Shown: positions 53,501 to 64,000 of the stretch, piece by piece
Numbering within the stretch: the stretch's first letter is position 1
Layout: each line of letters begins with the position of its first letter
NCBI RefSeq assembly: GCF_964355755.1
Contig: NC_092673.1
Location: 3,472,001-3,536,000, forward strand
Length of the DNA: 64,000 nucleotides
Source of the DNA: Antedon mediterranea
Taxonomy: Eukaryota; Animalia; Echinodermata
Direction: 5' to 3'
Made by a program: the position numbers and the translations under genes
Notes under the pieces: model-generated
The model's input: only the letters and a program-made list of their open reading frames with translations
Told to the model about the DNA's origin: nothing
Database searches by the model: none

Positions 53501-56500
53501 CTAATATCAACAAATCAGTCAATATTTGATCAAAGTATTTCATAGATTAGAAGCAAAATCTGGTTCCGCTTTTGTGAATGATATTAAGCTTTATCTGTAA
53601 TAATAACTCCCACCATTTGTACATTTCTCATCAGTAATTAAATATTACATCACTTCAATCAGACAGATTGCGGATGTATAATGTGATAAAAAATTAATTA
53701 GCCCTTCATATAATTAAACTGATATTGTGTAGAGTATTAGTAATTACCATCACAAGCGAAATAAACAAGATTCTCAGGGTTAAATACGACTAGTACAGGG
53801 TGATTATTTAAAAAGAGGTTAAAAGATGACGTTTAAGCGAACTAGATTAAAATACATACAGTTATAAGATTCTTGTAAAACATAGACATTTAAAAATATC
53901 AATGCTCTCCTACTGCATTCTGAAACAAAATTAATTATGTAGGTTTGGGAGAGCAGATCGTATTGTAAGTTATAAAAGAACTTTTGCTGGAATACCTAGT
54001 ACTGTATTTAATAAAAGAACACTAGTGGAGCTGTTTAATGGTTAACATGCTTGCCTTCTAATCCCAAGGTCAAGGTTCAATCCTGACCAACTGAAGTGCC
54101 ACTCCCTAAACCTCAAATGAGACTTTGTTTATAAGTATGATAAATTATACAAAATAGTTTATTGATCTTGTAAGTAGCGAGTCTGTGCTCGCTGTTGAAT
54201 GCGTATGAAATTTTTTTTAAATAATTAAAAAACATATTTCTTAAGAAGATTTGGCGTCAAAAGGTTATGGGTCTGAAAAAAAAACTTTGATTTGAAGCAC
54301 AAGCCAGCACAATTACATCAATATAACCATTGGAAAATTGAAGATTCTTAAGTTTGCTAAATCGATCAAACTCTATGTAAAACAATCTACACCAAGCTAC
54401 TTATCTGTGTGACACGAGTGTGAAAACAATTATTGTATTATCACAGATGAATGAATTTATGTGTATTTTAATACCTATATTGATTTTTCACCATGGCAGG
54501 GATTATCATCTCCAAAAGATTTCAAATTGAAAATATTTTAAAGATACTGTATTAAGACATTAATTTAAATTCAAAGCTCTGTTGTTCACATCAGAAAAAA
54601 ACAAATTGAAAATATAAATTTACAAGTCTAAAGCTCTTTTTAAATTCTACACAACTTTATATGACAAAAATGTGCCCATATATGGTGATTTCATATCATT
54701 ACCATATTTGGGTATATCACTACCATATTTGGGCACATCACAATTTTTTTGTTTGATAGTGTACACAGAGCTTTATAATATTATTATAAAATATATATAA
54801 TTTCAGAATTATTATTAATAATTCTGAAATTATTTTAGTAAAATATTCACCTGGTTACAACTTAATAAAGAAACCCAACAAAATGTCCCCTAAATAGGGA
54901 TTGGTCTTGTGCCAAAACATATTGCCCTTGTTTATTTCACGGTAAAGAGTCCCCTTAACAGAGGTGTCCCAAAACAGGGGTATTATGTAAAGTAAACTGG
55001 TCATATAATCATATCATGTAAGTAATGATGTTTATATCTAACAAAGTGGAAGTCTCAAACAAATGCTGCCAGACAGACACTATATACTGCCAATCATTAA
55101 CCCAAACCACCAGTAGTATTGGGTCATCTGAATGTAAAACAGTAACTGTGCCATTGCAATCTGACATTATTACAATTCCAATTAGTAACCAATTCAGTGC
55201 ACTTGAGATGGAAGAATCTTATCCAATCAAACAAACTTCTACAGTGATGAATATACCTGAAACAAAGCCTTCAAAATCTATGCCTTTGAGACCGTCATCA
55301 AATGATCAATCTGATGTTCAGCAGTGTACGCAGAATTGTGAAGATCCATCAACAGATGCAGTGACTAGCCGTCACAATGAAGCACCCCCGTCTCATCCTC
55401 AACCAGTAATTAAAACATCACATGGTGGTAGAAAACAAACTGTGCTCATAATCGGTGACTCTATTCCAAAACATTTAGTTGGGAGAAGAATGTCTAGTCG
55501 TATGAGAGTGATCAACTGCTGTATCCCAGGAAGCAAACTGGAAATGTGGATCAAATTAGCACCTGTGTTAATACAAGAGCAAAACCCATCAAGCGTTATT
55601 ATACATTGTGGAACAAACAACACAAATGACTGTATGCCGATGAAATGCATCAAACTCATTACTTTGTTATGTAACTGTATCAGGGACGCCGACACATCTA
55701 TCCATATTGCAATCTCTTCGTTAATTATGCATCAAAACGCAGGTAGATATGCTTGGGTCAAGGAATTCAATGCTAGGCTACATGACAAGTGCAGTACACT
55801 CAACTGGGCATTCATTGACAACTCAAACATCAGTCTACAACATCTTGCCAAGGATGGACTTCACTTGAATGGGTCTGGTATTAAACTTATCGCAATGAAC
55901 TATATTGCTTTTTTAAGAGATCTTGCATACAACATCCTGCAAACATAAAGCAATCTCAACAAACAAATAAAGGTGTAACAGTTGGTACATGTGCCGACTG
56001 TTTAAAGTACATAAAATCATGTGAATCACATATTTCATGTAAATGTTGCACATTAGATTTTCATGTAAACTGCGTAATGGTTAAACATAACTTTGACAAT
56101 TGGTGGTGTTCCGCCTGCTTTATTAAAAATACTGTATCTGAATTACCATTTCTTAATGATCCTATAAACAATGATCTGTATCTTGGTAAAGGGCTTAAAA
56201 TTACGCATCTAAATATTCAAAGCCTGCGAAACAAAGTTGATCAAATTAATGTACTTTTAGATAAAAATAACATTGACATACTATGTTTAACTGAAAGTTG
56301 GCTTGATAAGAATATTGATAACACAGAGCTCACTATAAATGGGTATAATATTTGTAGATTTGATAGGAAAAACAAAATAGGAGGTGGAATTTTGTGTTAT
56401 ATTAAAGAGTGTATTGTACATAAAATAATAACAAATAACATTGCTGACAATGTTGAAAGTCTATGGATAGAAATTAATTTACCACATACTAAGCCTTTTC

Positions 56501-59500
56501 TTGTTGGAACAGTTTACAGACCCCCGAGTGCCAATATAGATTACATAACAGACATTGATAGTTTATTCCAACATTATACATCTGAATATGATGAAGTAAT
56601 TGTACTAGGAGATTTCAACCTTGATATTTCCAAAAAGGTAAATCAAACTAAAATTAAGAATTTAGAAAATCATAGTAACTTAAAACAATTAATTAATGAG
56701 AGTACACGAATCACCGATTCAAGTAAAACAATATTAGATCTTATTTTTGTTTCAAATCTCAAGAAGTATTCTGAATCAGGAGTTTATAGTCTTGGAATAA
56801 GTGACCATTCATTAATTTACTTAATTCGCAAGTATAAAAAAATAAAAGGTCAACCAAAAACAACAAATTCTAGGTCTTTTAAAAAGTTTAATGAGAACGA
56901 TTTCATTGACTCTGTTAAAAAACAAGATTGGAGTTTAGTCATGGAATGTTCTGATGTAGATAAAGCTTGGGATATTTGGTCAAATTTATTTAATTATGCT
57001 TGCAATAAACATGCACCTCGTAGAATTAAGAGAGTAAAAACTTCAATGCCTGAATGGATTACTAAAGAATACCTAAAATTAACAAAAGATAGAGACTATT
57101 ATTTTAAGAAAGCTCATAAAACAAATGATGAGGCAGACTGGAATAAGGCAAAAAGTTTGAGGAATCAAGCAAATAAACTAAATAGATCACTTAAAAAGAA
57201 AATTTGTACAGATGCTATAACAGCAAATACCACAAATTCTAAAAAATTGTGGGAAACCATTAAAAAAATTATTCCTGATAAAAAACAAGCTATCTCCTCT
57301 GTTCGGGTTGGTAGTGGACTCTCAAATAATGATAAAGAAATAGCTAATAAATTTAATGATTATTTTTCTTCTATTGGTAATAATCTTGCTAAGAAACATA
57401 ATCTACCTTGTAATACTAACACTAACCCTACTAACATTATTTTAAACAATTTTGATTTTCACATTGTAACTCCTGATTGTGTATTTGATATAATCAATAG
57501 CTTTTCAAATAACAAAGCTTCAGGCTTGGATGGTTTTGATGTTAAGCTCTTAAAATTAGCTGGTCCCATTGTATGTCACTCACTTAATTACATAATAAAC
57601 TTGTCGTTTATTACAGCAACATTTCCTTGTAAATGGAAAACTGCTAAAGTTACCCCAGTGTTCAAAGGAGGAGATACATCTGATGTTGGAAATTACAGAC
57701 CAATTTCAGTATTGCCTATAGTTTCAAAGATAATTGAAAGAATAGTACACAATAAACTTTATTACTACTTGTCGGAAAATAATATTTTAAACCCTTGTCA
57801 ATCTGGTTTTAGACGTAACCATTCAACTAATACAACACTCATTGATTTTTCTGACTACATTCTAAAAAATATAAATGAAGGTAATGTTACAGCTGCTATT
57901 TTTTTAGATTTGCAAAAGGCTTTTGACACAATAAATCATAATCTGCTTTTTAGTAAATTAAAACAATACGGTGTGCATGGTAATGCCTTAAATTGGTTTA
58001 TATCATACTTATCAGGAAGATCACAAGTTGTAAATATCAAATCATCTTTGTCATTTTCTAAACCTATTACTGTTGGTATACCACAAGGGTCAATTCTTGG
58101 GCCATTGCTTTTTATAATTTATGTTAATTCTTTACCAGATGTGATAAATAATAAATGTATCATGTATGCAGATGATACAACAATATTATGTTCCTCATCT
58201 GATCCAGTTCTTCTACAGAACATGATTAATCAAAATGTTAGTAAGTTCACTACCTGGTTTGATAACAATTTACTAACCCTCAATATAAAGAAAACAAAAT
58301 TTATGTTATTTGGAACTAGAATATCACTTAGTAAATTCAATAATATTTCTGTTTCTATTAATGGCAATGATGTCGAAAGAGTTGACAATTTTAAATATCT
58401 TGGACTTACATTTGATTCATTTATGTCATGGAAACAGCATGTTGAACAAGTAGCTTCTAGAGTATCACAACGTATCGGTATTATTCGTAGATTAAGATAT
58501 TATATTCCAAATTTTGCTTTAAGACTACTTGCTAATGCAATAGTATTACCCTGTTTTGATTACTGTAGTAATGTTTGGTCAAATTGTAACTTAGAACTTG
58601 TTAATCGTCTTCAAGTACTTCAAAATAGAGTAGCTAGAATCATTCTTTATGCTGATATGTACACCCCTATAACAGAATTGATGTCCTCACTAAAATGGAA
58701 GAGTGTCCATGACAGATGGGAAAATGATTTATTAATTACGTTATTTAAATGCATACAGGGTTTAGCACCATCTTATTTAGCAAATCTATTCAAATTTATG
58801 GACACTTTTCACACAAAAAATACAAGAAGTCAATCAACTAAAACTCTAAATGTTCCAGCATGGAACAATATTTATGGAAAGAGAATGTTTAATCATAGAG
58901 CATCAACCTTATGGAATAATCTTCCTGTACATATCCGTAAAAATTATGAGACATTTAGTCAAGTTGAATTTAAACATCTTGTATAACTTCTATTGTACAT
59001 AGTTTTAATATTGCTTTTACTTTTATTTTTCTTGTATTTTTTTCCAAATCTGGACCTCTTGGGAGACCAGTACTTGTGTATTGAAAGAGCTATTCCAGAA
59101 TAAAGAAAGATTTGTATTGTATTGTATGTATTGTAATACTGCAATCTATCCTGTACATAGAAAAGCTATATATTATATGTATAAATATAAATAAATAAAT
59201 AAAATAACAGCAGAAAACTTGGTTACTTCAGAGCTAACTTTTCTGGCTGTTTACTTATCGTTTTGATTTAGCTTTTCGTTTTTTTTTTGTATCTCCATTG
59301 AGATCCAGCCACTGATACCCACAGCATTGTCATTTTTTCAGTAATTTGCCTTTGGATTTAGATAGAAGCTAAGAAATGCTAAATTTGGGAAACATCTGAG
59401 AGAAAGGTGTATGAATATTAATTAAACACTGATTAACAACAACCTTACCTTTGATATAGTACAGGGGAATTAGAAGCCTGACTACCACTTCTAGCAGAAT

Positions 59501-62500
59501 TCTGAGATGAACCTCTAAGACCTTTTGCAGATCTTCTTCCATTTGTGTTAAGTCTTCCAGGTAGTTGCTGATGGCCATGCATAGGACGCCTTCTATGTTC
59601 TGTTGTGCCATTTAGTTGGTTCCTTGTTGTAAATTGTGTATCGTTGGAAGAAGACAAAGAATGAGGTTGAATGTGACTGCCATTCATTGGAAATGATGCC
59701 AGGCCATTAACTGGTGTTCCTGCTGTTGGAGACCGAGATCGAATGTGACTGCCATTCATTGAAAATGATGCCAATCCATTAACTGGTGTTCCTGCTGTTG
59801 AAGACTGAGATTGAATGCGACTGCCATTTATTGGAAATGATGCCAAGCCATTAACTGGTGTTCCTGCTGTTGGAGACGACTGCATTGTCATGGATCCTAC
59901 TGGTGTGTTTCTTAATGATGTATGGAGAGTGTGTAGATCATTCTCTGCTTGCTCAGCACGGTTAAGAACACTGTCCATAAAGTCTTTCAGTTTCTCTTTC
60001 GCCGTTGCCTGTTGTTCAGATGTTTTTTCTAAGAACTCGTTCAATTCTTTTAGATTCCTATCAATCAATAAATCAATATGTAGTAAGTTATGAAATTTTA
60101 ATCAATACAGGTCTGTTTTTTATCCAGTAGCAAATCTAAATAGCAAAATGACCAATAAAACTACACAAGCAAGCAATTTTGGTAATTAACTAAATTCTAA
60201 TAAAAGGTAAAATTCACAAAGATTGGTATACTGTATCAAGCCTCAAGTGCTTTTCCTAGATACACTATTTTTTTGGTAAACAATTGCAATCAGCAAACAC
60301 TAATTTGTTTTGAAATTTTCAACTATTGTAGCAATTATGAAAAATCTTGTTTGTAAAGGTCAATTTACACAGAGTGTAAGCGGAAAGCCACATAGGTTGT
60401 CCCGCGTATAATATGTATCTACCCTGATCAGAAACCGTCAGTCCACTCCGCGTTGTGTGTATATGGTCATAAGGAATAACATAGATCCAAAATTGTTATT
60501 ACCGTTATCGCTCATCTGCGTAAATTGGCCTTTAGCATAAATTTCGAGCCCTGTCAATATGGTATCATGAATAAATGGATTTGTTGTGTGTGTATTAAGT
60601 AAACATGTAAATAACTGTACTATTGATAAATGCATAATACAACAGTATAAGTCCTGAAGGTCTGAATTACAACACTAACAACTGCAGTCTTTCCCAACAA
60701 AACTTCTCAATTTCATGGAATGTTTTTGTTTTTGGCTGATGTACTGTACTGTACTGTAGATATAATACGTGTATTGATGCAATTGCAATACATATTAAAA
60801 AGCATAGAGGATATTTACAAAATAATCATAGTTTGTAGATAATGATAATCCATAGGTTTGTATACAACACATAGTACTATTAATATTCTTGCTTGATATT
60901 GGGTCATTGATAATAAGTGTATATGACGACCTATCATTTATATGTCAAATATTTGCTTTTCACTTCAATTGACAGTTTGAAGGCAAACAACATAGTGAAA
61001 GAAAATATTATTATAATAAATGTAAAATAAAATGATTTACATTACATACATATTTAAACTATTTATCCCATAAGAATCAAAAGGGCTAATTTTAGTTGAT
61101 TAATGATTATGAGTACGGTATAAAGCTGTACACTATCAAACTAGTTAGAGTGTGATGTGCCCAAATATAGTAGTGATAAACCCAAATATGGTAGTGATAT
61201 GACATTATCATGTCCATATATGGGCACATCACATTTGTTTGTCATATAAAGTTTGATAGTGTAGACAGAGCATTAAAGTCATATAGAAAAGCTATAAAGG
61301 AATAAAAACAAACAATTTTAAAAGCATTTTTAAAAATATGCAATGACCTCCACCTCCTTTCAATTTACCGATGACCTGATCTATTATTCCATACATGAAA
61401 GAAAGCCAAGTTAAATGAGATATTAATGACAAACATTTTTTCTGTAAATAATGCAAACAAACAAAGTGTCAGAATATGTTTATCAGATCCCAGCATCATC
61501 TCGGATGCAATGTACAACGGTTCATTGAGCAATGTGGAATTGTAATTGAAACTAATACCAACACCGCACAGTCGCAAATAATCCAGTTTGCTAAGTACAT
61601 GTGCGTAACATAATATCTGAAGCAATAACCATCAGGCACTAACAATGCGCCTGGGCTAAGCATACATGCCCGGAGGAAGAATATGGTGTGGACGTACTTT
61701 ACACTATTTAGCTTCCAATGCTGATTACAGTTACATTTTAATGGGCTGAATATTAAATATGAAAACCAATATAAACAGTATGCTTTAATATGACATTACA
61801 TCAACTTTATGTTACTGCCCATATATAAAGCTCTGTCTACACTATCAAACTTTATATGAAAGAAAAAAGTGATGTGCCCAAATACATGGGCATGATGATG
61901 TCATATCACTACGATTTTGCGCATAACACTTTTTTTATCAAATTAGTTTGATAGTGTAGACAGAGGTTCATAAACCTACCTATCCTTTTCTTGTATCAGT
62001 CTTTTTTTATCTTCAATCTCTGTTTTCAAGTGTGACACTTTCTCCTTCGTTGCCTCCAGCTCGTTACCTAACGTTACAGAATTCTCATTCAATTTTAACT
62101 TCTCCATAGTTAAGTTAGTCAGCTCTCCTTTTGAGCTTTTTAATTCTTCTTCTTTCACTTCCAGTTCATCTTGAACCTTTCGTAAGGCAGCACTTAGTAT
62201 CAAAGAGTCTTTTTCATCTACACTCTGATGTTTTCTCAGAGGAAACCTTGTGGCAGAAAAAGATGCGTCTTTATTGAAGCTTTCAGCTATCCGACCATTT
62301 ATTACACTGCCCTTAACTGGAGAGTTTTCATCATCTGGTGTGAAAGACCTTCTGGAATTACGAGAAGTCACAGTGTAGACGTCAGGTGGGTTGTGTTGTG
62401 GATATTCCCCGATGTCATATTGATGGATGCCAATGGATTGTTTGTGAAGGTTAGTATAACGTGATCTTCTGCTGTTAAGACTTTGAGCTATTAATAACTG

Positions 62501-62794
62501 CTGCTTAAGTTCCTCAGCAACATTTGACAACTTTTGCAATAAGTTGGGAACATATGTTTCTGATTTGTTCAATAAAGGAGAAGAATATTGCATAGGCTGT
62601 GTTACAGTTTTATTAAATTTAGAATCTGGCAGTGTCCACTTTCCAGATATTCCGGTTCCCAATGGCGAAGAGGAATCAATGAAATCACTAAACGTGTGGT
62701 CCTTTGTTAAATGTTCACGTAGAGTAAGAAGGTTTTGGAATTCTTTAAAGCCACCACATTTTGGGCAATGATATGGAAGACTTGTTGTTGCCAT
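47207..62794 (-). CDS. FBXO41: F-box only protein 41-like (C2H2-like zinc finger, coiled coil, F-box, LRR-like C-terminus)
   Basis: Exons 61980-62794 (LPYHCPKCG...LREHL..DH), 59449-60057, 50706-51496, 50209-50372 (F-box ALFCVFSYL...VCKEW..VSHHPALW), 49454-49569 (WCTQTEHLTL), 49002-49100, 48738-48887 (GHEVIWALGAGCR), 48326-48444, 47995-48153, 47580-47695, 47207-47266. Splice phases are consistent. Confidence 0.9.
49629..49800. mobile_element. Harbinger-like MITE copy carrying TACTGTA insertions
   Basis: Both TIRs present; an extra CTGTA relative to sibling copies at 49772-49778. Confidence 0.85.
55025..55948 (+). CDS. LINE ORF1 with SGNH/GDSL esterase domain
   Basis: IIGDS, HCGTN and DGLHLN catalytic blocks; ISNQFSAL motif upstream. 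Confidence 0.85.
   Translation: MMFISNKVEVSNKCCQTDTIYCQSLTQTTSSIGSSECKTVTVPLQSDIITIPISNQFSALEMEESYPIKQTSTVMNIPETKPSKSMPLRPSSNDQSDVQQCTQNCEDPSTDAVTSRHNEAPPSHPQPVIKTSHGGRKQTVLIIGDSIPKHLVGRRMSSRMRVINCCIPGSKLEMWIKLAPVLIQEQNPSSVIIHCGTNNTNDCMPMKCIKLITLLCNCIRDADTSIHIAISSLIMHQNAGRYAWVKEFNARLHDKCSTLNWAFIDNSNISLQHLAKDGLHLNGSGIKLIAMNYIAFLRDLAYNILQT
56077..58986 (+). CDS. LINE ORF2: AP endonuclease + reverse transcriptase (frame open from 55885, including a PHD finger)
   Basis: LTESW, YRPP, GDFN, LDL, SDH endonuclease motifs; NYRPIS, QSGFR, FLDLQKAFD, GIPQGSILGP, YADD, KYLG RT motifs; 969 aa uninterrupted. Confidence 0.95.
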   Translation: MVKHNFDNWWCSACFIKNTVSELPFLNDPINNDLYLGKGLKITHLNIQSLRNKVDQINVLLDKNNIDILCLTESWLDKNIDNTELTINGYNICRFDRKNKIGGGILCYIKECIVHKIITNNIADNVESLWIEINLPHTKPFLVGTVYRPPSANIDYITDIDSLFQHYTSEYDEVIVLGDFNLDISKKVNQTKIKNLENHSNLKQLINESTRITDSSKTILDLIFVSNLKKYSESGVYSLGISDHSLIYLIRKYKKIKGQPKTTNSRSFKKFNENDFIDSVKKQDWSLVMECSDVDKAWDIWSNLFNYACNKHAPRRIKRVKTSMPEWITKEYLKLTKDRDYYFKKAHKTNDEADWNKAKSLRNQANKLNRSLKKKICTDAITANTTNSKKLWETIKKIIPDKKQAISSVRVGSGLSNNDKEIANKFNDYFSSIGNNLAKKHNLPCNTNTNPTNIILNNFDFHIVTPDCVFDIINSFSNNKASGLDGFDVKLLKLAGPIVCHSLNYIINLSFITATFPCKWKTAKVTPVFKGGDTSDVGNYRPISVLPIVSKIIERIVHNKLYYYLSENNILNPCQSGFRRNHSTNTTLIDFSDYILKNINEGNVTAAIFLDLQKAFDTINHNLLFSKLKQYGVHGNALNWFISYLSGRSQVVNIKSSLSFSKPITVGIPQGSILGPLLFIIYVNSLPDVINNKCIMYADDTTILCSSSDPVLLQNMINQNVSKFTTWFDNNLLTLNIKKTKFMLFGTRISLSKFNNISVSINGNDVERVDNFKYLGLTFDSFMSWKQHVEQVASRVSQRIGIIRRLRYYIPNFALRLLANAIVLPCFDYCSNVWSNCNLELVNRLQVLQNRVARIILYADMYTPITELMSSLKWKSVHDRWENDLLITLFKCIQGLAPSYLANLFKFMDTFHTKNTRSQSTKTLNVPAWNNIYGKRMFNHRASTLWNNLPVHIRKNYETFSQVEFKHLV
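60357..60531. mobile_element. Harbinger-like MITE (uninterrupted sibling of 16255-16913)
   Basis: TIRs AGGTCAATTTACACAGA and TCTGCGTAAATTGGCCT with TAA/TTA flanks. Confidence 0.75.
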
Positions 62795-64000
62795 GGTAAA
62801 CCCAAATTAATCATATCTGAAAAAAATGTATTATAATTAATAGGATGTAGGCCAAGCAGCTAGAATTAGATATTAGTAGTACAGTATTAATAATAATAAT
62901 ATTAATAATTAATATATTATTAATAATTATATTTTATTTTAGAATAATTATGTTAGATCAATATTCACCTAACAATAAGTTTAATCTAAATTTAACACAT
63001 CTTCTAGAAAATCACCTAGATTAGGCCTATGCCTAACTCTCACACCCAATGGAAGGATACAATCCCACCCTGCACAATATCGATGTGGCTGGCAGCCTCT
63101 ACTGAGTTAACTGTGGTCCACGGTCTAGCTCTAGTTAGGGCCTAGGCCTAGCTAATATAACGACATTTCAGTAATTTAAAACATTGGTTTTATAAGCAAC
63201 CTGTCATAAACAGTAAAACGCAAACCTCTTTAATACAGGTCAAAATATTAGTAGCTGTCTTTATCTTCTACTGCATAAAAATTAAGAATATTATCAGCAT
63301 ACGTACGTTGGCAACAACCTCTCGCTTGAGTTTGTTTTTGATTTTGTGTTTTTACGATCAGAAGTTACTTCAACTGCAAGGTGGCGCTCTTGTGTTTGTT
63401 TTTATTCATTCATGTGGACTGAAACTTTTGATTATGAGATTTATTTAAAATATTTATAAAAAAAGCTTTTTAATTTTTAAAAAAAATTCAAAAAATCTAT
63501 CTATCTAATCTAAGTTAAAGAATAAATCAATAATAATTCAGGTGAAATTATCTTTTCATTCAGAAATGGCCGCACTCGATAAATATAATATTATTATTAA
63601 TATTGTTATATATTAATATTTTGAAGGCCTATTTATTTTCAAATAGACAAAATAAATAAAATGAATACATTTCTAAATAAAATTAATGATAGATAAAATT
63701 AAAGTAATAATTTACTATAGAATAAAATGATATTCAATTCTCTAGGCTATATAATGCAGTCAATTAAAATCCAAGAAGATAAAAGTATACCCTTACCCTT
63801 ACCCGCATCTCATTCTCTACTCTACTACTATCGACTAGTATTTTTATGACCAATTATCAATTAGGATGGAAAATTGTTGTAACTTTTGTACTATTCCGTA
63901 GTAAACAGTTTCGGAGGCGTAATGAGTGACAATTACATCTTTAATTGATTTAGAAATAGAATCGATTGTTAGAATGATTTATCTCTCACAAAAACAAGAA

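Larger units (their letters stand above)
55025..59135 (+). mobile_element. CR1/L2-group non-LTR retrotransposon, probably 5'-truncated, antisense in FBXO41 intron 2
   Basis: Esterase ORF1, intact APE-RT ORF2, 3' stem-loop at about 59049-59099, AATAAA and a (TTGTA)n tail. Confidence 0.93.

Noticed and set aside
54025-54088. tRNA-like sequence (also at about 14705-14760, 14880-14940, 22685-22750)
   Set aside because: Only degenerate A/B boxes and no complete cloverleaf; most likely decayed SINE heads.
54797-54833. AT-rich palindrome ATAATTTCAGAATTATTATTAATAATTCTGAAATTAT
   Set aside because: No flanking direct repeat, so it does not fit the footprint class; low complexity.
55399-55695. Antisense ORF inside LINE ORF1 (likewise 30201-30404, 59815-60093, 62228-62771)
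   Set aside because: Shadow ORFs of real coding sequence on the opposite strand.

Overview
AT-rich, intron-rich eukaryotic DNA. The Deu/Nin-domain SINEs and vertebrate-like intron positions suggest an invertebrate deuterostome such as an echinoderm (inference). Six host genes can be spliced by eye. On the minus strand: SLK/STK10 first coding exon (4914-5069), rhotekin (8162-39073, three candidate first exons), mitochondrial peroxiredoxin PRDX3 (39919-42703) and an FBXO41/ZNF365-like F-box gene (47207-62794). On the plus strand: a RING/coiled-coil gene nested antisense in a rhotekin intron (23024-24544) and LSM1 (42861-44392), head-to-head with PRDX3. An antisense CR1/L2-group LINE with an intact ORF2 lies in an FBXO41 intron. 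Its ORF2 frame carries a PHD finger upstream of the first ATG, reachable through a T-TTT-TTA -1 slippery site at the end of ORF1. Introns hold about 21 copies of a Harbinger-like MITE, SINEs whose 3' end resembles the LINE's, a 1.6-kb 17-bp minisatellite, Penelope-type hammerhead remnants and several apparent transposon excision footprints. All calls are manual; no searches were run.
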